Of a DNA stretch of 26,754 nucleotides, positions 9,646-20,950 are shown piece by piece. Position 1 is the first letter of the stretch; each line of letters opens with the position of its first letter. Below the pieces are notes generated by a model. The model was not told the DNA's origin. It made no database searches and saw only the letters and a program-made list of their open reading frames with translations. The stretch is from an uncultured Selenomonadaceae bacterium (GTDB lineage: Bacteria; Bacillota; Negativicutes; Selenomonadales; Selenomonadaceae), in contig CAJOPK010000003.1 of assembly GCA_905236255.1 (NCBI GenBank), positions 1 to 26,754 on the forward strand, in the 5' to 3' direction. The position numbers were made by a program, and so were the translations under genes.

Positions 9646-9722
9646 TGGTCGGGATGACAGGATTTGAACCTGCGACCTCATCGTCCCGAACGATGCGCGC
9701 TACCAAACTGTGCTACATCCCG
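9646..9722 (-). tRNA. tRNA-Pro, anticodon CGG, CCA encoded
   Basis: 77 nt cloverleaf: acceptor CGGGATG/CATCCCG, anticodon arm CATCG-TTCGGGA-CGATG, T arm GCAGG-TTCAAAT-CCTGT, 3' ACCA. Confidence 0.96.
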
Positions 9723-9734
9723 ACGACGTGCGCC

Positions 9735-9762
9735 ATTATACCGGAAAAAAAATAAAAAGCAA
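9735..9762 (-). promoter_or_regulatory. Promoter for tRNA-Pro
   Basis: TTGCTT (9762-9757), 16 nt, TATAAT (9740-9735), then GC-rich GGCGCAC discriminator typical of stable-RNA promoters. Confidence 0.7.
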
Positions 9763-9848
9763 TACCTTGGAAAAATTTTTATCACGAATGGGTATAACAT
9801 ATGTATTGTAATCCCACAAACGCCCGTGGAACGGATTTACATAAAAAC

Positions 9849-9877
9849 TTGACAGGAAAAATCTTTGCCTATATAAT
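9849..9877 (+). promoter_or_regulatory. Consensus sigma-A promoter for rpoBC
   Basis: TTGACA (9849-9854), 17 nt, TATAAT (9872-9877). Confidence 0.85.
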
Positions 9878-9939
9878 TCGCATTTACTGAAATTGCTTTA
9901 ATCGGTGCTTTATGTTTAACGTGAGGAGTGACGGCATTA

Positions 9940-12900
9940 ATGTTTAATCCTGTTCAAGTCGGAAAGAGAACAAGATACAGTTATGCGCGAATTAAAGAGG
10001 TTATGGAGATGCCGCATCTCCTTGACATCCAGCGCAAGTCATACGAATGGTTTTTGTATGGCGGCGGTCTGGAAGAAATTTTGAGAGATATTGAACCCAT
10101 CACCGATTTTAACGGAAAATTGAAATTGTTTTTCAGAAGTTCGGTTCCCGGCGCGCCGCGTTTTACAATCGGGAAGCCGAAATATACTTTGGACGAGTGC
10201 AAAGAACGTGACGGTACATATTCCGTTCCCATCCGCGTAAATGTTCAACTCGTCAACGAAAACGGCGAGGTCAAAGAGCAGGAAGTTTTCATGGGCGATC
10301 TTCCCCTCATGACCGAAACCGGAACTTTTGTGATTAACGGAGCGGAGCGCGTTATTGTCAGTCAGCTTGTAAGATCGCCGGGTGCATATTACAACGAAAC
10401 CATTGACCAGACGGGCAAAAAACTTTTCGGAGCGACGGTCATTCCGAATCGCGGCGCGTGGATTGAATTGGAAACCGACGCATCGGATTCTGTCAGCGTT
10501 CGCATAGACCGTACCCGCAAAATGCCCGTGACTTATCTTCTTCGTGCGCTTGATTTTTGGCGTGACGATCAAATTTTGGAACTCTTTGAGGAAGATCCGT
10601 TTATCGTTCAGGCATTGGAAAACGACGGCGCACTTGACGGAGATCCGAAATTTACGCCGAAAGAAGCGGCATTGATTGAAATTTACAAAAGACTGCGTCC
10701 GGGTGAACCGGCAACTCCGGAAAGTGCCCAGCAACTTTTGAACTCCCTTTTCTTTGATCCGAAACGCTACGATCTTGCGACGGTCGGCAGATATAAATTC
10801 ACCAAAAAACTCGGTCTGCGTCGTCGTCTTTTGGGCAAGACTCTTGCGGAGGACATTATCGACGAAGAAACCGGCGAAGTTTTGATCCCGGCGGGTGTTG
10901 TCGTTACCGAAGAACACCTTGACAACATTCCGGCGGAACGCGAAGCCGAAATTTTCGGGCTTATCCCGGACGAAGCGCATCGCGGTTACATTACGCCGAT
11001 CAAAGTCAAAATCAAAGATGAAGAAGGCAAAGTCATTTCAATGCTTTGCGCTCCTTCCCTTTCGATTGACGAAAACCGGACGATTTGTATTGCGGATATT
11101 GTCAGCGCAATCAGCTATATGTTGAATTTGATGCACGGAATCGGTCACACGGACGACATAGACCATCTCGGCAATCGTCGCGTCAGAAGTGTCGGTGAAC
11201 TTTTGCAAAATCAATTCAGAATAGGTCTTACGCGAATGGAGCGCGTTGTCCGTGAGCGCATGACAATTCAGGAGCCGGAAATCATTACTCCGCAACTTTT
11301 GATAAACATTCGCCCGGTTGTTGCGGCAATCAAAGAATTTTTCGGGTCTTCCCAGCTTTCGCAGTTCATGGATCAACACAATCCTTTGAGCGAACTTACA
11401 CACAAACGCAGACTTTCCGCACTCGGACCGGGCGGATTGAGCAGGGAGCGCGCCGGTTTTGAAGTCCGCGACGTTCACAACTCCCACTACGGCAGAATGT
11501 GTCCGATTGAAACGCCTGAAGGACCGAATATCGGCTTGATCGGATCCCTGTCCAATTATGCGCGAATCAATAAATTCGGATTTATGGAAACACCTTACCG
11601 CAAAGTCGATCACGTTCACAAAAAAGTTACCGCGGAAGTCAAATATTTGACGGCGGACGAAGAGGACGTTTTGACGATTGCACAGGCGAACGAACCGCTT
11701 GACGAAAATGATTGGTTTGTCAACGAACGCGTCACCGCCCGTCGCAAGGAAGAAACGACTATGGTAAGACGGGATCGCGTCGATTACATGGACGTTTCGC
11801 CGAAACAGGTCGTATCGATCGCAACGGCAATGATTCCCTTTTTGGAAAACGACGACGCAAACCGCGCTTTGATGGGTGCAAACATGCAACGTCAGGCGGT
11901 CCCGCTTTTGAGGACACAGGCTCCGCTTGTCGGTACCGGCATGGAATTTAAAGCCGCCTGTGACTCCGGCGTAATGGTTTTGGCTCAAAAAGCCGGCACC
12001 GTCGTCAACGTCGATGCCGATACGATAAAGATTAAACGCGACGAAGGGGATACCAAGGTTTATAAATTCCCGAAAGTCGTAACCCTTCACGACGGCACTC
12101 AAATAAAACTTTTGCCGTCCGTGAAATTTGCAAAGAGCAAAAAAGTTGACAAGGGCGATCCCCTCAACGAGCCGGTCAACGAAAGGAATGTAAGAATTGA
12201 TCCGACAACCGTTCCGGAACTTATCGTCAGTTCCGAACACGCCGGAAATGTCATTGCGACAGATTCGACTTCGGATCCGGAAAATGTTTTGGTGACGGTC
12301 AAGGCTTTTGACGGCGGCATTGATCTTTACAAACTTCAGAAATTTGTGCGTTCAAATCAGGGTACCTGCATAAATCAAATTCCGATTGTGGACAGGGGCG
12401 AACACGTCGAAGCCGGTCAGCCGATTGCGGACGGCCCCGCGACCGACAACGGCGAACTTGCACTCGGATACAACATTTTGGTTGCTTACATGCCTTGGGA
12501 AGGTTACAACTACGAGGACGCAATTCTTTTGAGCGAAAACCTTATCAAGCGCGACATTTATACTTCCATTCACATTGAAGAATATCAATGCGATGCCCGC
12601 GATACGAAGTTGGGACCTGAAGAAGTTACCCGCGATATTCCGAATGTTTCGGAGGATTCCCTGACGCAACTTGATGCCGACGGAATTATTGCGGTCGGTG
12701 CCGATGTCAGACCGGGAGATATTTTGGTCGGCAAAGTCACCCCGAAAGGCGAAACGGAATTGACTGCGGAAGAAAGACTTTTGCGCGCAATTTTCGGCGA
12801 AAAAGCGCGTGAAGTACGGGATACTTCCCTGCGCGTTCCTCACGGTGAAGCCGGCAAGATCGTTGCGGTAAAAATCTTTACCCGCGAAAACAACGACGAA

Positions 12901-14103
12901 ATGGCTCCCGGCGTAAACAAACAAGTTCGCGTTTACATTGCACAAAAGAGAAAAATTTCCGTCGGCGACAAGATGTCCGGTCGTCACGGAAACAAGGGTG
13001 TTGTTTCCCGGATCATGCGCGAGGAAGATATGCCTTTCCTTCCGGACGGCACGCCGATTGATATTGTTTTGAACCCGCTGGGCGTTCCTTCCCGAATGAA
13101 TATCGGTCAGGTTTTGGAAACTCATTTGGGCATGGCCGTCAGGAAATTGGGACTTGAGATAAAAGAAGGCGGCAACGCCGATCTTAAAAAGCGTCTTGAA
13201 GAATACGGCTATAACGTCAACAAATACGGTATTCCCAAGCCGGACAAAGCCGGCGTTCACGTTGCGACTCCGGTTTTTGACGGCGCAAGAGAAGAGGACG
13301 TTATCGACACCATGAAACTTGCCGGACTTGATGCGGACGGAAAAACCGTTCTTTACGACGGGCGTACCGGCGAACCCTTTGAAAATCGCGTAACCGTCGG
13401 TTGCGTTTATATGTTGAAACTTCATCACCTTGTTGACGATAAAATTCATGCGCGTTCAACCGGTCCTTACAGTTTGGTCACTCAACAACCGCTCGGCGGC
13501 AAGGCGCAATTCGGCGGTCAGCGTTTCGGTGAAATGGAAGTTTGGGCTTTGGAGGCTTACGGCGCATCGTATACTTTGCAGGAAATTTTGACGGTAAAAT
13601 CCGATGACGTTGTCGGGCGCGTCAAGGCTTATGAGGCAATAGTCAAAGGGCAGAATATTCCGGAGCCGGGTGTTCCCGAATCTTTCAAGGTTTTGATAAA
13701 AGAGTTGCAGTCGATCGGTCTTGACATAAAAGTTTTGAGCGGCGACTCGAAAGAAATTATCATTCGCGATGATGACGAAGACGACGAAAGAACAATTCGT
13801 TCGCGTGCGGAAAATGTCGGGGTTGATGTCGGAAATTACGGAAATCATGAAGTTCAGGCTCCGCCGGAACCGGAAGAACCCGCCGAACCCGAAGAAGAAC
13901 CGGAAACGGAGGACAACGACACGGAACTTTCCGACGACGAAATTATTGCACGCATTGACAGCATGGAAGATATGGACGACCTTGCCGGAATCGAAAATGA
14001 TTTTTCGGGTATCGATCGTTTTGACGATACGGTTGACGTTTCGGAAGATGATTTCGGCGGCGGTTTGGGTTTTGACAATCCGGACGACGAGGACAATTTC
14101 TGA
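9940..14103 (+). CDS. rpoB: RNA polymerase beta subunit
   Basis: [66 protein letters not shown]. Start ATG 9940 after SD GAGGAG; GTG 9928 is the listed alternative. Confidence 0.99.
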   Translation: MFNPVQVGKRTRYSYARIKEVMEMPHLLDIQRKSYEWFLYGGGLEEILRDIEPITDFNGKLKLFFRSSVPGAPRFTIGKPKYTLDECKERDGTYSVPIRVNVQLVNENGEVKEQEVFMGDLPLMTETGTFVINGAERVIVSQLVRSPGAYYNETIDQTGKKLFGATVIPNRGAWIELETDASDSVSVRIDRTRKMPVTYLLRALDFWRDDQILELFEEDPFIVQALENDGALDGDPKFTPKEAALIEIYKRLRPGEPATPESAQQLLNSLFFDPKRYDLATVGRYKFTKKLGLRRRLLGKTLAEDIIDEETGEVLIPAGVVVTEEHLDNIPAEREAEIFGLIPDEAHRGYITPIKVKIKDEEGKVISMLCAPSLSIDENRTICIADIVSAISYMLNLMHGIGHTDDIDHLGNRRVRSVGELLQNQFRIGLTRMERVVRERMTIQEPEIITPQLLINIRPVVAAIKEFFGSSQLSQFMDQHNPLSELTHKRRLSALGPGGLSRERAGFEVRDVHNSHYGRMCPIETPEGPNIGLIGSLSNYARINKFGFMETPYRKVDHVHKKVTAEVKYLTADEEDVLTIAQANEPLDENDWFVNERVTARRKEETTMVRRDRVDYMDVSPKQVVSIATAMIPFLENDDANRALMGANMQRQAVPLLRTQAPLVGTGMEFKAACDSGVMVLAQKAGTVVNVDADTIKIKRDEGDTKVYKFPKVVTLHDGTQIKLLPSVKFAKSKKVDKGDPLNEPVNERNVRIDPTTVPELIVSSEHAGNVIATDSTSDPENVLVTVKAFDGGIDLYKLQKFVRSNQGTCINQIPIVDRGEHVEAGQPIADGPATDNGELALGYNILVAYMPWEGYNYEDAILLSENLIKRDIYTSIHIEEYQCDARDTKLGPEEVTRDIPNVSEDSLTQLDADGIIAVGADVRPGDILVGKVTPKGETELTAEERLLRAIFGEKAREVRDTSLRVPHGEAGKIVAVKIFTRENNDEMAPGVNKQVRVYIAQKRKISVGDKMSGRHGNKGVVSRIMREEDMPFLPDGTPIDIVLNPLGVPSRMNIGQVLETHLGMAVRKLGLEIKEGGNADLKKRLEEYGYNVNKYGIPKPDKAGVHVATPVFDGAREEDVIDTMKLAGLDADGKTVLYDGRTGEPFENRVTVGCVYMLKLHHLVDDKIHARSTGPYSLVTQQPLGGKAQFGGQRFGEMEVWALEAYGASYTLQEILTVKSDDVVGRVKAYEAIVKGQNIPEPGVPESFKVLIKELQSIGLDIKVLSGDSKEIIIRDDDEDDERTIRSRAENVGVDVGNYGNHEVQAPPEPEEPAEPEEEPETEDNDTELSDDEIIARIDSMEDMDDLAGIENDFSGIDRFDDTVDVSEDDFGGGLGFDNPDDEDNF

Positions 14104-14114
14104 GGAGGAAAATT

Positions 14115-17100
14115 ATGCTTGACGTAAATGTTTTTGATTCGATGCGCATAGGTCTGGCCTCTCCGGACAAAATTCGCGAGTGGTCGCACGGCGAAGTCAA
14201 AAAGCCGGAAACGATCAACTATCGCACTCTGAAACCGGAACGCGACGGACTTTTCTGCGAAAGAATTTTCGGACCGACACGCGATTGGGAATGTCACTGC
14301 GGAAAATACAAGCGCGTCCGTTATAAGGGAATTGTCTGCGATCGTTGCGGCGTTGAAGTCACCAGAGCAAAAGTCCGCCGCGAGCGCATGGGACATATCG
14401 AACTTGCCGCGCCGGTTTCGCATATTTGGTACTTCAAAGGTATTCCGAGCCGCATGGGATTGATTTTGGATATTTCGCCGCGTCAACTTGAAAAAGTTTT
14501 GTATTTCGCGTCCTATATCGTAATCGATCCCGGAACGAATGAAGAGCTGACCAAAAAGCAAATTTTGAGTGAAGCCGAATACAGATTTTATCGCGAAAAG
14601 TACGGCAGAACTTTTAAGGTCGGAATGGGTGCGGAAGCGATTCGCGAACTTTTGAAAGAACTTGATCTGGATCAAATGAGCGAAGAACTTCGCACGGAAC
14701 TCCACTCCGCAAACGGACAAAAACGCCTGCGCGCAATTCGCCGGCTTGAAGTTGTGGAAGCCTTCAAAAAATCCGGCAACCGCCCGGAATGGATGATTAT
14801 GGAAGTCGTGCCGGTAATTCCTCCGGAACTTCGTCCGATGGTTCAACTTGACGGCGGTCGTTTTGCGACAAGCGATTTGAACGATCTTTACCGCCGCGTC
14901 ATAAACAGAAACAATCGTCTTAAAAGACTTTTGGGATTGGGTGCGCCGGATATTATCGTCCGCAACGAAAAGAGAATGTTGCAGGAAGCGGTTGACGCGT
15001 TGATCGACAACGGTCGTCGCGGTCGTCCGGTAATGGGACCCGGCAATCGTCCGCTCAAATCTTTGAGTGATATGCTCAAGGGCAAGCAGGGACGTTTCCG
15101 TCAAAATCTTTTGGGCAAGCGCGTCGATTATTCCGGTCGTTCGGTTATCGTTGTCGGGCCGGAGCTCAAATTGCATCAGTGCGGTTTGCCGAAAGAAATG
15201 GCTTTGGAACTTTTCAAGCCGTTTGTAATGAAAAAACTTTCCGCCGACAGCAACACGACGATTAAGGCGGCAAAGAGAAAAGTCGAGCGCGCAAATTCGG
15301 ATGTTTGGGGAGTTTTGGAAGAAGTCATAAAAGAACACCCGGTACTTTTGAACCGCGCCCCGACACTTCACCGCTTGGGTATTCAGGCATTTGAACCGGT
15401 CTTGACGGAAGGGCGCGCCTTGAAACTTCATCCGCTTGCCTGTACCGCTTACAATGCGGACTTTGACGGCGACCAGATGGCAATTCACCTTCCCCTGAGT
15501 GCGGAAGCTCAAGCCGAGGCCCGTGTCCTTATGCTTGCCGCAAATCATATTTTGGCACCGAAAGACGGCAAGCCGATTATCGTTCCGACGCAGGATATGG
15601 TTTTGGGTACTTATTACCTTACGATTTTGCGTCCCGGTGCCAAAGGTGAAGGCAAGATCGTCGGCGGAATTTCGGAAGCGTTGATGGCTTACAATCAGCA
15701 TGAAATTGACTTGCAGGCTCAAATTACGGCGCGAATCGCCTTGAAAGATTTGCCGCCGGCGGCTGCGGAAGATTTCCCGGAAGGTTACGGCATGGTTCAA
15801 ACTTCCGTCGGTCGAATGATCTTCAATGAAATTTTGCCGCCGGAACTCCGCTACTATTATAAAGACAAGGAAGGCAATCCTTCACTCGGAATTTTGATGA
15901 ACAAAAAAGAACTCGGCAAATTGGTTGCGGCGACTTTTGACAGATTCGGTGCCACCAAAACTGCGGAGGTCATAGATAAGGTTAAAAATCTCGGTTATCA
16001 TTACGCCTGTCTTGCCGGCATGACCGTTGCGATTTCCGACGTTGTCGTTCCGCCCAAAAAGAAGGACATTATTGCGGCAACGGAAGAGAAGGTAAACAAG
16101 GTTGAAAAGCAATACAGTCGCGGTCTTATCACGGAGGACGAACGATATAAAAAAGTCGTCGAACTTTGGAACAAGACAACCGACGACGTTGCAGATGCGA
16201 TGATGGAGAACATGGATATTTTCAATCCGATTCGCATGATGGCGGACAGCGGCGCACGCGGTAACAAACAGCAGATGCGTCAGCTTGCCGGTATGCGCGG
16301 ACTTATGGCGGATCCTTCCGGGCGAATCATCGACTTGCCGATCACCGCAAATTTCCGGGAAGGCTTGAGTGTTTCCGATTACTTTATTTCAAGTCACGGC
16401 GCAAGAAAAGGTCTTGCGGATACGGCACTGCGCACGGCGGACTCCGGTTATTTGACCCGTCGTCTGGTTGACGTTGCGCAAGATGTCATAGTTCGCGAAG
16501 AAGATTGCGACGTTTCTGTGATAAATCTTGTTTTGGAGCGGGCGTTGCTTGCGGACAATACTTTTGACGCGCTCGAACTTTTGAACGACGCGCTTATTGA
16601 CAGAGTGGTTGCAACCGATGTCGTAAATCCGGAAACCGGTGAAGTTGTCATAAAACAAGATACGATTTTGGACGAAGAAGCTTTGACGAAACTCGGAGAG
16701 GCCGATGTTGCGGAAATTTCGGTCAGGGGAACAAGTTTGACCTCGCCCAATTCGGCAAGTCATTCGCTTGTTTGCGAAACCATAAAACTCGGAACCCGTG
16801 ACGAAAGTGAACGCGAACGCTTGCGCCATGCCTTCATACATGAGATTATCGGCAAGGAATTGGCAAAATCCGTCGAACTTGACGGAAAGAAATATGCCGT
16901 CGGCAAAAAATTGACTCATGAAATGCTTGACGCTTTCATTGACGGCGATATTGAAGAAATTTTCGTTCGCAACAACAACGTGCGCGGAATTGAAGTTGAA
17001 GCGATAAAAGAGGGGAACGGCGTTATAGAATCCCTTCAGGATCGAATTTTGGGACGCGTTCTTGCCGAAGACATTTTCGACAACGAAGGCAACAAAATTG

Positions 17101-18134
17101 CCTCGATTAACGACACCATCGATTCAAAACTTGCCGACAAAATTGCCGCCGTTCGCGAAAAAGTCACAATCCGCAGCGTTTTGACCTGCAGATCTCAATT
17201 CGGCGTTTGCATAAAATGTTACGGACGCGATCTTGCGAATCAGTCGGAAGTTGAAGTCGGTGAGGCCGTCGGCATAATTGCCGCGCAGTCAATAGGCGAG
17301 CCGGGTACGCAGCTTACGATGAGAACATTCCACACGGGCGGCGTTGCCGGTGAGGATATTACGCAGGGTCTGCCGCGTGTCGAAGAACTTTTCGAAGCGC
17401 GCAAGCCGAAACACAACGCGATTATTGCGGAAGTTGACGGCGTTATCGGAATGGGCGTAAACGAGAAAAACGATCTTCCGATGATCGTAATAAATCCGGA
17501 CATTCCCGAAAGAAAACGCGAATATACGATTCCTTTCGGCACAAGAATTTCCGTCAATGTCGGTGACACGGTAAAGGCCGGCGACAAGCTGACCGACGGC
17601 GCAATCAATCCTCATGACATTTTGCGCATATCCGGATTGAAGGAAACGCAACGCTATCTTGTTTACGAAGTTCAGAAAGTTTACAAATCGCAGGGTGTCG
17701 AAATTAACGACAAACATATTGAGGTTATGGTTCGTCAAATGTTGCACAAAGTCAAAATTGACGAGGCGGGTTCGACGGATTTCCTGCCCGGCGAATTTGT
17801 CGAAATAAATGCGTTTGAAGCGGCGAATACCAAAGCCATTGAAGCCGGCGGAGATCCGGCGGTTGCGAAACCGATTCTTTTGGGAATTACAAAAGCATCT
17901 TTGGCAACGGATTCCTTCCTGAGTGCGGCAAGTTTCCAAGAAACCACCAGAGTTTTGACGGATGCGGCAATTAAAGGAAAAGTTGATCCGCTTATAGGCT
18001 TGAAAGAAAACGTAATTATCGGCAAACTCATTCCGGCAGGTACCGGAATGTCGCGTTATCGTGATTTGGAAGTTGTCGATCTTGAAGCCGCCGACGACGA
18101 ACGGGAAGAAATTACTTCGGAAGTCCAAGCGTAA
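14115..18134 (+). CDS. rpoC: RNA polymerase beta' subunit
   Basis: Zn-finger cysteines, catalytic [21 protein letters not shown]; SD GAGGAGG overlaps the rpoB stop. Confidence 0.99.
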   Translation: MLDVNVFDSMRIGLASPDKIREWSHGEVKKPETINYRTLKPERDGLFCERIFGPTRDWECHCGKYKRVRYKGIVCDRCGVEVTRAKVRRERMGHIELAAPVSHIWYFKGIPSRMGLILDISPRQLEKVLYFASYIVIDPGTNEELTKKQILSEAEYRFYREKYGRTFKVGMGAEAIRELLKELDLDQMSEELRTELHSANGQKRLRAIRRLEVVEAFKKSGNRPEWMIMEVVPVIPPELRPMVQLDGGRFATSDLNDLYRRVINRNNRLKRLLGLGAPDIIVRNEKRMLQEAVDALIDNGRRGRPVMGPGNRPLKSLSDMLKGKQGRFRQNLLGKRVDYSGRSVIVVGPELKLHQCGLPKEMALELFKPFVMKKLSADSNTTIKAAKRKVERANSDVWGVLEEVIKEHPVLLNRAPTLHRLGIQAFEPVLTEGRALKLHPLACTAYNADFDGDQMAIHLPLSAEAQAEARVLMLAANHILAPKDGKPIIVPTQDMVLGTYYLTILRPGAKGEGKIVGGISEALMAYNQHEIDLQAQITARIALKDLPPAAAEDFPEGYGMVQTSVGRMIFNEILPPELRYYYKDKEGNPSLGILMNKKELGKLVAATFDRFGATKTAEVIDKVKNLGYHYACLAGMTVAISDVVVPPKKKDIIAATEEKVNKVEKQYSRGLITEDERYKKVVELWNKTTDDVADAMMENMDIFNPIRMMADSGARGNKQQMRQLAGMRGLMADPSGRIIDLPITANFREGLSVSDYFISSHGARKGLADTALRTADSGYLTRRLVDVAQDVIVREEDCDVSVINLVLERALLADNTFDALELLNDALIDRVVATDVVNPETGEVVIKQDTILDEEALTKLGEADVAEISVRGTSLTSPNSASHSLVCETIKLGTRDESERERLRHAFIHEIIGKELAKSVELDGKKYAVGKKLTHEMLDAFIDGDIEEIFVRNNNVRGIEVEAIKEGNGVIESLQDRILGRVLAEDIFDNEGNKIASINDTIDSKLADKIAAVREKVTIRSVLTCRSQFGVCIKCYGRDLANQSEVEVGEAVGIIAAQSIGEPGTQLTMRTFHTGGVAGEDITQGLPRVEELFEARKPKHNAIIAEVDGVIGMGVNEKNDLPMIVINPDIPERKREYTIPFGTRISVNVGDTVKAGDKLTDGAINPHDILRISGLKETQRYLVYEVQKVYKSQGVEINDKHIEVMVRQMLHKVKIDEAGSTDFLPGEFVEINAFEAANTKAIEAGGDPAVAKPILLGITKASLATDSFLSAASFQETTRVLTDAAIKGKVDPLIGLKENVIIGKLIPAGTGMSRYRDLEVVDLEAADDEREEITSEVQA

Positions 18135-18153
18135 TGTGAATACATAAATTCTC

Positions 18154-18184
18154 AAAAAAGACCGCTCCGGCGGTTTTTTCTTTT
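18154..18184 (+). terminator. rpoBC terminator (possibly bidirectional)
   Basis: AAAAAAG-ACCGC-TCCG-GCGGT-TTTTTCTTTT. Confidence 0.75.
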
Positions 18185-18202
18185 GCAAAATTTCCATGAA
18201 AA

Positions 18203-18239
18203 CAAAAAAACGGGTCGAAACAAAAAACCCGTCTTTTTT
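18203..18239 (-). terminator. Terminator of the cysK-ending operon
   Basis: Minus strand GACGGGT-tttttgtttcg-ACCCGTT followed by a T run. Confidence 0.65.
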
Positions 18240-18262
18240 GTCAAAAATTGCAAAAATTTTTT

Positions 18263-19192
18263 TCAGTTGAAAAGCTCCGTCGAAAGATAACGATCTCCCG
18301 TGTCCGGCAAAATTACGACGATATTTTTTCCGGCAAATTCCGTGCGTCCGGCAAGTTTCACAGCCGCCGCCAATGCCGCACCGGAAGAAATTCCGACGAG
18401 TACGCCTTCCGTGCGCGCAAATTCCCGCCCGTATTTGAAAGCGTCCTCATTTGAGATTGGCAAGACTTCATCATAAATTTTTGTGTCCAAAGTTTCCGGG
18501 ACAAAACCCGCGCCGATTCCCTGAATTTTATGTGCGCCGGATTTTCCCTGCGACAAAACCGGTGAAGTTTCCGGCTCAACCGCAAAAATTTTTACATCTG
18601 ATTTTTTCGACTTCAAATATTTACCCGTTCCCGACAAAGTTCCGCCCGTTCCGACACCGGCAACAAAAGCATCAACTTTTCCGTCGGTATCTTCCCAAAT
18701 TTCCGGACCGGTCGTCTTTTCGTGAATTGCAGGGTTTGCCGGATTTGTAAACTGCGAAGGAATGAAAGAGTTCGGAGTTTTTTCGGCAAGTTCCTCAGCC
18801 TTTGCAATGGCACCCTTCATACCTTTTGCGCCTTCAGTCAAAACAATTTCCGCGCCGTAAGCCTTCAGCAAATTTCTGCGCTCGACACTCATTGTTTCCG
18901 GCATTGTGAAAATTGCCTTGTAACCGCGAGCCGCCGCAAAACTTGCAAGCCCGATTCCGGTATTTCCGCTGGTCGGTTCGATAATCGTTGCACCCGGCTT
19001 GAGTTTGCCGGAATTTTCCGCATCCTCAATCATCGCCTTTGCAATTCTGTCTTTGACACTGCCGGCGGGATTAAAATATTCAAGTTTCACCAAAATATTT
19101 GCGTTGACGTTGAATTTTTTTGCGAATTTATCCGCCGCCAAAATCGGAGTGTTTCCGATAAGTTCCGTTACGCTTTTATAAATTTTTGCCAT
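18263..19192 (-). CDS. cysK: Cysteine synthase A
   Basis: [14 protein letters not shown] (PLP Lys), [34 protein letters not shown]. Confidence 0.96.
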   Translation of the reverse strand: MAKIYKSVTELIGNTPILAADKFAKKFNVNANILVKLEYFNPAGSVKDRIAKAMIEDAENSGKLKPGATIIEPTSGNTGIGLASFAAARGYKAIFTMPETMSVERRNLLKAYGAEIVLTEGAKGMKGAIAKAEELAEKTPNSFIPSQFTNPANPAIHEKTTGPEIWEDTDGKVDAFVAGVGTGGTLSGTGKYLKSKKSDVKIFAVEPETSPVLSQGKSGAHKIQGIGAGFVPETLDTKIYDEVLPISNEDAFKYGREFARTEGVLVGISSGAALAAAVKLAGRTEFAGKNIVVILPDTGDRYLSTELFN

Positions 19193-19207
19193 TTTCTCAA
19201 ATCTCCC

Positions 19208-20500
19208 TTAAACCGCCGCAAAACCTTCTTCAAGGTCGGCAATTATATCGTCAATGTGTTCCGTTCCGATTGACAGACGGATTGTTGCCGGAGTGATTCC
19301 GGATCCGAGAAGTTCTTCTTCCGTCATTTGCGAATGAGTTGTCGATGCCGGATGAATTACCAAAGATTTTACGTCGGCAACATTCGCCAAAAGAGAAAAC
19401 AGTTTCATGTTGTCGATAAATTTTTGAGCGGCCTTTGCTCCGCCTTTGATCTCAAAAGTGAAAATCGAAATTCCGCCGTTCGGGAAGTATTTTTTGTAAA
19501 GTTCGTGATCCGGGTGGTCTGCAAGTGCCGGGTGATTTACTTTGTCAACTTTCGGATTTTTGCTCAAATATTCGACAACCTTCAAGGCATTTTCAACATG
19601 ACGCTCAACGCGCAAAGAAAGAGTTTCCGTTCCCTGCAAAAGAAGGAATGCACTCAAGGGAGAAATTGCCGCGCCGGTATCTCTCAACAAAATTGCCCGT
19701 ATGTATGTCACAAATGCCGCCGCACCGAGTGCCTTATAAAAACTTACTCCGTGATAGCTGGGATTCGGTTCGACAAGATCCGGGAATTTGCCGGATTTTT
19801 CCCAATCAAATTTTCCGGATTCGACGATTATGCCGCCCAAAGTCGTGCCGTGTCCGCCGATAAATTTTGTTGCCGAATGTACGACAATATCCGCGCCGTA
19901 TTCAAACGGACGAACTTGATAAGGCGTTGCAAAAGTATTGTCGATGACAAGCGGGATTTTGTGCTTGTGGGCAATATCGGCAACGGCTTGAATGTCAATC
20001 AAAGTCGCATTGGGATTGCCGACGGTTTCAATGAAAATGAACCGGGTATTGTCTTGAACGGCTTTTTCAAAAACTTCAACGCCCTTTGTGGGATCGACAA
20101 AAGTCGTATCAATTCCGTAAAGCGGCAGAGTATGTTCAAAGAGATTGAAAGTTCCGCCGTAAATAGTGGTTGCCGCAACAATGTGCTGACCTTTGTGAGC
20201 CAATGCCTGTGCAACGTAAGTAACCGCCGCCGCACCGCTTGCAACCGCCAATGCCGCAGAACCGCCTTCCAATGCCGCAATTCTGCGCTCGAAAACGTCC
20301 TGTGTGGGATTTGTCAAACGCCCGTAAATGTTTCCGGCATCTTTCAATGCAAAACGATCCGCCGCATGTTGAAAATCATGAAAGACATAAGAAGTCGTTT
20401 GATAAATCGGAACGGCTCTTGCATCCGTTACCGGATCGGCTTTTTCCTGACCGACATGCAACTGCAAAGTTTCAAATTTGTAGTTTCGCTCTTTACTCAT
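19208..20500 (-). CDS. metY: O-acetylhomoserine aminocarboxypropyltransferase (sulfhydrylase)
   Basis: PIYQTTSY, IYGRLTNPT, HSATKFIGGHG (PLP Lys), LLANVADVKSLVIHPASTTH; 430 aa; SD GAGGAGAG. Confidence 0.92.
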   Translation of the reverse strand: MSKERNYKFETLQLHVGQEKADPVTDARAVPIYQTTSYVFHDFQHAADRFALKDAGNIYGRLTNPTQDVFERRIAALEGGSAALAVASGAAAVTYVAQALAHKGQHIVAATTIYGGTFNLFEHTLPLYGIDTTFVDPTKGVEVFEKAVQDNTRFIFIETVGNPNATLIDIQAVADIAHKHKIPLVIDNTFATPYQVRPFEYGADIVVHSATKFIGGHGTTLGGIIVESGKFDWEKSGKFPDLVEPNPSYHGVSFYKALGAAAFVTYIRAILLRDTGAAISPLSAFLLLQGTETLSLRVERHVENALKVVEYLSKNPKVDKVNHPALADHPDHELYKKYFPNGGISIFTFEIKGGAKAAQKFIDNMKLFSLLANVADVKSLVIHPASTTHSQMTEEELLGSGITPATIRLSIGTEHIDDIIADLEEGFAAV

Positions 20501-20545
20501 AAAAAACTCTCCTCAATTTAAAAATTTTTACAATGTTTTATCCTT

Positions 20546-20938
20546 TCAAAGTGAATTATAATCCAAATTATTTTTTGTGCAATAATCTTGAAGTGCCGAT
20601 TGAATTGCCTCCTCAGCCAAAACCGAACAATGCAATTTGTGAGCCGGCAATCCGTCCAATGCTTCGGTTACGGCTTTGTTTGTCAACTTCATGACTTCAT
20701 GAATCGGCTTGCCCTTTATCAATTCGGTTGCCATTGAACTTGATGCTATTGCCGAGCCGCAGCCGAAAGTTTCAAATTTTACGTCGGTCACAATATCGCC
20801 GTCAATTTTCAAATACATTTTCATAATATCGCCGCACTTGCAGTTTCCGACTTCACCGATGCCGTCAGCATTTTCGATACTTCCGACATTGCGGGGATTG
20901 CGAAAATGATCCATGACTTTTTCGCTGTAAAGTGCCAT
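20546..20938 (-). CDS. iscU: Fe-S cluster scaffold (IscU/NifU N-terminal, clostridial type)
   Basis: YSEKVMDHFRNPRNVG; three conserved Cys in KCGD, FGCGSAIAS and KLHCSVLA. Confidence 0.92.
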   Translation of the reverse strand: MALYSEKVMDHFRNPRNVGSIENADGIGEVGNCKCGDIMKMYLKIDGDIVTDVKFETFGCGSAIASSSMATELIKGKPIHEVMKLTNKAVTEALDGLPAHKLHCSVLAEEAIQSALQDYCTKNNLDYNSL

Positions 20939-20950
20939 AAAAATTCTCCT

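Noticed and set aside
9646-9670. tRNA-Pro 3' end as an integration site for an island
   Set aside because: No duplicated tRNA 3' end or integrase seen, and flanking genes share the host sequence style.
11329-11560. RpoB rifampicin region variant (MDQHNPL)
   Set aside because: Key residues equivalent to E. coli Q513, D516, H526 and S531 are wild type; the H falls at a position that varies between taxa.
10039-15800. Long antisense ORFs over rpoB/rpoC (313, 400, 365, 130 and 648 aa)
   Set aside because: Where they overlap their main host gene they lie codon-on-codon with it. They stay open because TTA/CTA/TCA codons are rare in these highly expressed genes, and the products show no recognisable motifs.
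19328-20521. 397 aa + strand ORF antisense to metY, and similar shadows over leuA, minD and cysK
   Set aside because: The metY shadow is in register with the real gene. None shows a recognisable motif, so these are consistent with codon-bias shadows.
20501-20545. S-box or T-box riboswitch upstream of metY or iscS
   Set aside because: The spacer (45 nt) and the iscS leader (about 25 nt) are too short and lack the conserved motifs.
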